From assembly GCF_000757865.1 (NCBI RefSeq), contig NZ_CP007754.1, forward strand, positions 510,001 to 542,000: DNA of 32,000 nucleotides, read 5' to 3'. The notes below the pieces were generated by a model that worked only from the letters and a program-made list of their open reading frames with translations, was not told the DNA's origin and made no database searches. Source of the DNA: Prochlorococcus sp. MIT 0801. GTDB lineage: Bacteria; Cyanobacteriota; Cyanobacteriia; PCC-6307; Cyanobiaceae. The position numbers were made by a program, and so were the translations under genes. This document shows, in pieces, positions 26,917-32,000 of the stretch (position 1 is its first letter; each line of letters starts with the position of its first letter).

Positions 26917-27354
26917 TTAAAATGGAATGTCATCTGTATCAGGAACTAATGGTGAACTGTCCCATTTAACACCCTCGTTATTTAAAGGATTTGCGGAATC
27001 GCTTTTTATATTTGACTGAGTTTGAGAAGGTATTGATGAAACAGCTGTTTTAGAGGAAAAGGGGTGGATTCGAGAAAGGGTAAATTCAGCTTGTTTCTCT
27101 TTAGTCCCATCTTGGCGAGGAACAGTATTCATTCTTAAGCGACCTTCTATTACTAATTTAGAATTGACTTGAACTGTGTTTTGAAGTTCTTCTGCTAATT
27201 TCCCCCAACCAACTACCTTGATTGCGCAGGGCGGGTCATCAGCACGGAGGCTGTCAAATTCAACTTCTAGTTCAGCTAGAGGAGTTTTGTTGTCTTGGGT
27301 AAAACGAACTGTTGGGGCCTTCTTTACCAAAACCTCAAGCATGCAATGGTTCAT
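26917..27354 (-). CDS. ssb: Single-stranded DNA-binding protein
   Basis: An OB-fold N-terminal region (VRFTQDNKTPLAELEVEF...VVGWGKLAEEL...LVIEGRLRMN), a low-complexity linker, and the canonical acidic tip ...DTDDIPF. Confidence 0.9.
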   Translation of the reverse strand: MNHCMLEVLVKKAPTVRFTQDNKTPLAELEVEFDSLRADDPPCAIKVVGWGKLAEELQNTVQVNSKLVIEGRLRMNTVPRQDGTKEKQAEFTLSRIHPFSSKTAVSSIPSQTQSNIKSDSANPLNNEGVKWDSSPLVPDTDDIPF

Positions 27355-27386
27355 TTTTTTTTCTTTAGTTATTGTGGTTTATCTTG

Positions 27387-28193
27387 ATGGATATAAGAGA
27401 AAAATGCCAGCCACATCTTTGGTTGTTAACAGGAACAGGAGAAGGTCATGTCTTTGCTGAGTCTTTATTGAAAGAAGGCTGGAAAATTACTGTTAGTGTT
27501 GTTTCGGATAGAGCCTCTATTCCATATGAAAAATTAAATTTAGAGAAAATATTAATTGGTGCCTTAATCACCGAGGAAGAGATCCGAGAAGTCATATTAA
27601 ACGCCAGAATTCATCAAAATGGATTTCATTGCGTTGTTGATCTGACTCATCCATTTGCTATGAAAATCACACGTTCAATCTCAAAAGTTTGTAGGGAACT
27701 AGGTCAAGCATTCATAAGGTATGAAAGAGCTATCGATAATATTTCAAATGCATTCTTAATAGAAAAATTTAGTGATTTAAGAAATTATGATCTAAAGAAT
27801 AAATCTATTTTGCTCGCTGTAGGAGTAAGGCATTTTCAGGAAGCCTTTACCTTCGCAAGAAATGCAGGCGCAAATGTTTATGCAAGAGTTTTAGCTAATC
27901 CTGAAAGTATAAGAAAAATACTATCTTCATCAATTCAAAAAACAAATTTTGCGATATTAAACCCTTCAGTCTCTAGTAATGGGAAAATTGAAAAGGCTCT
28001 TATTAGGAAATGGAATATTTCTGGTGTCATTTGTAGGCAATCAGGAGGAAGTAATGAAGTCTTATGGCACCGAATCTGTTTGAGTATGAGAATTAATCTT
28101 TGGTTGTTGGAAAGACCTACTGAATTAAAGAATATTAATTCAGTAGATAGTTTTGAAAACTTAATTGAAAAATTAAAATCTATTAATATGTAA
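27387..28193 (+). CDS. cobK: Precorrin-6A/cobalt-precorrin-6A reductase
   Basis: The N-terminus LWLLTGTGEGHVFAESLLKEGWKITVSVVS together with ...DLTHPFA... and ...ICRQSGG... resembles CobK/CbiJ. I prefer ATG 27387 over the track's TTG at 27372. Confidence 0.75.
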   Translation: MDIREKCQPHLWLLTGTGEGHVFAESLLKEGWKITVSVVSDRASIPYEKLNLEKILIGALITEEEIREVILNARIHQNGFHCVVDLTHPFAMKITRSISKVCRELGQAFIRYERAIDNISNAFLIEKFSDLRNYDLKNKSILLAVGVRHFQEAFTFARNAGANVYARVLANPESIRKILSSSIQKTNFAILNPSVSSNGKIEKALIRKWNISGVICRQSGGSNEVLWHRICLSMRINLWLLERPTELKNINSVDSFENLIEKLKSINM

Positions 28194-28211
28194 TAAAGAA
28201 TTTTTTAGACC

Positions 28212-28535
28212 ATGTCTTTATCTGATTTCAATCAAGAAATTTATTTGGTTATAACTTCTGAAGTCGATAAAAAGAATGCATTTAAATTAGCTAATCTTCT
28301 CTTAAGGGAGAAATTAGCACCTTGCATAAATTTTAAGACTATAGAATCACAATTTTGGTGGGAAGGAAATATAAATCAATCGCAAGAAGTACAATTAATG
28401 ATTAAGTGTAAGAAAGAAAATCTAGATAAAGTTTGTAATAAGATTTCTGAATTGCATAGCTACGAAATACCAGAAATAATTTATTTTCGCGTCTCAGCTA
28501 ATAAAAATTATCATCATTGGGTGAATTCTATTTAA
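28212..28535 (+). CDS. cutA: Divalent-cation tolerance protein CutA
   Basis: 107 aa. LAPCINF...SQFWWEGNI...EVQLMIK...HSYEIPEII matches the CutA1 family. Confidence 0.88.
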   Translation: MSLSDFNQEIYLVITSEVDKKNAFKLANLLLREKLAPCINFKTIESQFWWEGNINQSQEVQLMIKCKKENLDKVCNKISELHSYEIPEIIYFRVSANKNYHHWVNSI

Positions 28536-28546
28536 ACTTTCAATCT

Positions 28547-29557
28547 TTAGAGTTCTAGATGTGAATTGATCAAATTTAAAAGATTAGTATTGGAACGAGA
28601 TCCTAATTGAGTAACGATATGTCCTGCACAAATAGACCCGATTCTTGCAGATAATTCTGGCTTTAGGCCATCTGCATACCCTTTTAAAAAAGCTCCAGCA
28701 TAAAGATCCCCTGCACCCGTGGTGTCAATAGCCTTCCCAAGAATGAAAGGATCTATTTTTATTTCTTTGCCATTTGAAATTAGAATTGAGCCTTTTTCAC
28801 CAATTGTGATTGCGGCAAGATCACATTTTTTTTTCAATTCTTCAAGAGCTGTACTTAGAGAGGAGGTCTTATACAAAGTTGTTATTTCATCTTCATTGGC
28901 AAATAATATATCTATATGATCTTCAACTAGTTTTATAAAACTCTCACGGTGTCTAATAACACAAAATGAATCAGAAAGGGATAGAGCAACTTTTCGACCT
29001 GCATTTTTAGCTATTTCTGCCGCTTTAATAAATGCATTTTTAGCAGCTGGGTTGTCCCATAGGTATCCCTCTAAATAAAGTATTTTTGCTTCCCTGACTA
29101 CTGAGAGGTCGATATCCTTAGGTTCTAAGAGAACTGAAGCACCCAGATAAGTGCACATAGTTCTCTGAGCATCTGGAGTGACAAAAATTATGCATCTGGC
29201 AGTCGAGGGACCAACGGGTGATGGTGGAGTCTTAAAAATGGTCCCAGTCGTTGATATTTCCTCTGTAAAGATTTCTCCTAGTTTGTCATCTTTTACCCTT
29301 CCAATAAAGGCTGCCTTTCCCCCTAACTGCGAAACACATGCTAATGAATTGGCAACAGAACCTCCTGATCTTTGAATTCTGTTAGTAGTCAGTTCATATA
29401 GTTCTGTAGCTTTGTTTTCATCGATCAAGGTCATTGAACCTTTGTCGAAAGATAGTTTTTCAAGAAGAGAATCATCTGTTGTAATTAATACGTCTACAAT
29501 TGCATTCCCAATACCTACTATATCTAAAGAAGCGGAGTTTGTTTTATTAGTCATCAA
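28547..29557 (-). CDS. PfkB-family carbohydrate/nucleoside kinase (adenosine-kinase-like)
   Basis: GGSVANS (substrate lid region), the DTTGAGD anion-hole/catalytic motif (AIDTTGAGDLYAGAFL), and typical ribokinase-superfamily length. Confidence 0.85.
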   Translation of the reverse strand: MMTNKTNSASLDIVGIGNAIVDVLITTDDSLLEKLSFDKGSMTLIDENKATELYELTTNRIQRSGGSVANSLACVSQLGGKAAFIGRVKDDKLGEIFTEEISTTGTIFKTPPSPVGPSTARCIIFVTPDAQRTMCTYLGASVLLEPKDIDLSVVREAKILYLEGYLWDNPAAKNAFIKAAEIAKNAGRKVALSLSDSFCVIRHRESFIKLVEDHIDILFANEDEITTLYKTSSLSTALEELKKKCDLAAITIGEKGSILISNGKEIKIDPFILGKAIDTTGAGDLYAGAFLKGYADGLKPELSARIGSICAGHIVTQLGSRSNTNLLNLINSHLEL

Positions 29558-29595
29558 GTTTATTTAACAGTCATAAAAGAACAATTGTTTGTTTT

Positions 29596-30978
<1,383 letters not shown>

Positions 30979-31004
30979 TCAAAGAAATGAATTAAAGATT
31001 ATCT

Positions 31005-31439
31005 TTAACTATCTCTAACTGCCAATTTCTCTGCTTTAGATAGTTCTTTGTTTAACCTCTCTTTGAGATTTTCAGGAACTGGTCTGTTTGCAAAAGTCTT
31101 GTAATGACCCGATAAAGCATTTAATGCAGTCTGCATTGTTGTAAAGGTTGTGGAAGTGTTTACTTGTGATCGATTCCTATATCTTGAAATATAATCACTT
31201 ATGAGAAAAACAGCTTCTTTTTCTGCTTCAGATAGTCCTTTGTCTTCTTTAGGTAAAGTTATGGTCTCTTTTAAAGTTGATGAGACTGCAATAGTGTCTT
31301 TTGCAAAATCTCCAGTCATTAATGTTTTGGCTGCATTCACTCCTGAAGCGAATTGAAAGAATATGAGGCAGAAGCCAAGGCATATAGCCAAAGCTGCCCT
31401 CACCAACCTGATGGAGAGGTGATGAAAGGCAGAAATCAT
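31005..31439 (-). CDS. psb27: Photosystem II assembly factor Psb27
   Basis: DYISRYRNR...TTMQTALNALSGHYKTFANRPVPENLKERL is the conserved Psb27 core. I prefer ATG 31439 (MISAFHHLSIRL...) over the track's TTG at 31484, which lies 2 nt from the proS stop codon. Confidence 0.88.
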   Translation of the reverse strand: MISAFHHLSIRLVRAALAICLGFCLIFFQFASGVNAAKTLMTGDFAKDTIAVSSTLKETITLPKEDKGLSEAEKEAVFLISDYISRYRNRSQVNTSTTFTTMQTALNALSGHYKTFANRPVPENLKERLNKELSKAEKLAVRDS

Positions 31440-31485
31440 TTGTTTTTTGCAGTTACACAAGACTCTAGAGTCCTTTGGGCTCAAT

Positions 31486-32000
31486 TTATAGTTTTTCAGT
31501 TTTAAATTCTTCAGAAAGTTTTTTGAAAACGGATTTCAGATCTAACAACTCTGTAGTTTTTGTTTTTCTATTATGTAATTCAACCAGTCCAGAAACAGCT
31601 TCTCGCCCGACAACAATTCTCCAAGGGATTCCAATAAGGTCTGCATCTTTAAACTTTATCCCAGCCCTCTCATTCCTATCGTCAATAAGAGCATCAACTC
31701 GATTTTTAATTAATTTCTGATAGAAATCCTCAGCCAAACGCGTTTGATCATTGTTTTTTATATTGGCAATGATAATTATTACGTCAAAAGGGGCAATTGA
31801 TGCCGGCCAGATAATACCTAAATCATCATGATTTTGTTCTACTGCTGCTTGAGCTAATCTGGAAATACCAATTCCATAGCACCCCATCCAAAAGGGGTCT
31901 TCAGTACCTTTTTCGTTGGTAAAAGTAGCATTTAATGACTCTGAATACTTAGTTCCTAATTGAAAGATATGTCCTATTTCTATACCTTTGCATTCTTGAA
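31486..32000 (-). CDS. proS: Prolyl-tRNA synthetase, C-terminal part; the CDS continues past the window end
   Basis: The frame is open to position 32000. My upstream translation reads ...GIEIGHIFQLGTKYSESLNATFTNEKGTEDPFWMGCYGIGISRLAQAA..., which is the class II motif 3 region followed by the anticodon-binding domain. Confidence 0.93.
   Translation of the reverse strand, partial: QECKGIEIGHIFQLGTKYSESLNATFTNEKGTEDPFWMGCYGIGISRLAQAAVEQNHDDLGIIWPASIAPFDVIIIIANIKNNDQTRLAEDFYQKLIKNRVDALIDDRNERAGIKFKDADLIGIPWRIVVGREAVSGLVELHNRKTKTTELLDLKSVFKKLSEEFKTEKL

Noticed and set aside
27218-27460. 80-aa plus-strand ORF spanning the ssb start and the cobK start
   Set aside because: It is antisense to ssb for most of its length and out of frame with cobK. 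Its Arg/Ser-rich translation looks spurious.
31440-31484. 15-codon N-terminal extension of psb27 from the TTG at 31484
   Set aside because: That start would sit 2 nt from the proS stop with no leader. The extension (MSPKDSRVLCNCKKQ) precedes a normal Met-initiated signal sequence, so ATG 31439 is preferred.

Overview
This window looks like a core-chromosome segment of an AT-rich marine picocyanobacterium. Prochlorococcus is the best guess, inferred from low GC (mid-30s % by eye), psb27, hemL, hemC, a group-1 sigma factor and the overall gene set. It is densely packed. I support 36 protein-coding genes, two truncated at the window edges (gltX at the start, proS at the end), and two tRNA genes (Asp-GTC, Trp-CCA). 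Functions are mostly housekeeping: translation (gltX, rplS, map, proS), tetrapyrrole and cobalamin synthesis (hemL, hemC, cobK), DNA metabolism (xthA, priA, ssb), purine and arginine synthesis (purA, argB), transcription (sigA) and PSII assembly (psb27). I found no rRNA, CRISPR array, transposase, integrase, phage genes or recognisable defence or toxin-antitoxin modules. I therefore do not claim a clear novel system. The points most worth a second look are listed below. (1) A tightly spaced YjbQ / pterin-4a-carbinolamine dehydratase / His-rich COG0523 GTPase / Fe(III)-permease cluster, with an in-frame (CATGAA)n repeat and palindromes in its upstream region. (2) A GC-enriched, hairpin-bearing island in the 412-bp sigA-priA spacer. 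(3) A co-directional mRNA/tRNA array: rplS, tRNA-Trp, a 51%-GC mini-ORF, tRNA-Asp, gltX. (4) A LarC nickel-insertion homologue with no Lar partners in view. (5) Several conserved genes of unknown function that are translationally coupled to known genes. At least six genes appear to use TTG or GTG starts (gltX, hemL, xthA, the M32 peptidase, purA, and the 9804 ORF). All homology calls come from reading the translated ORFs and recalling family motifs; no database search was run.
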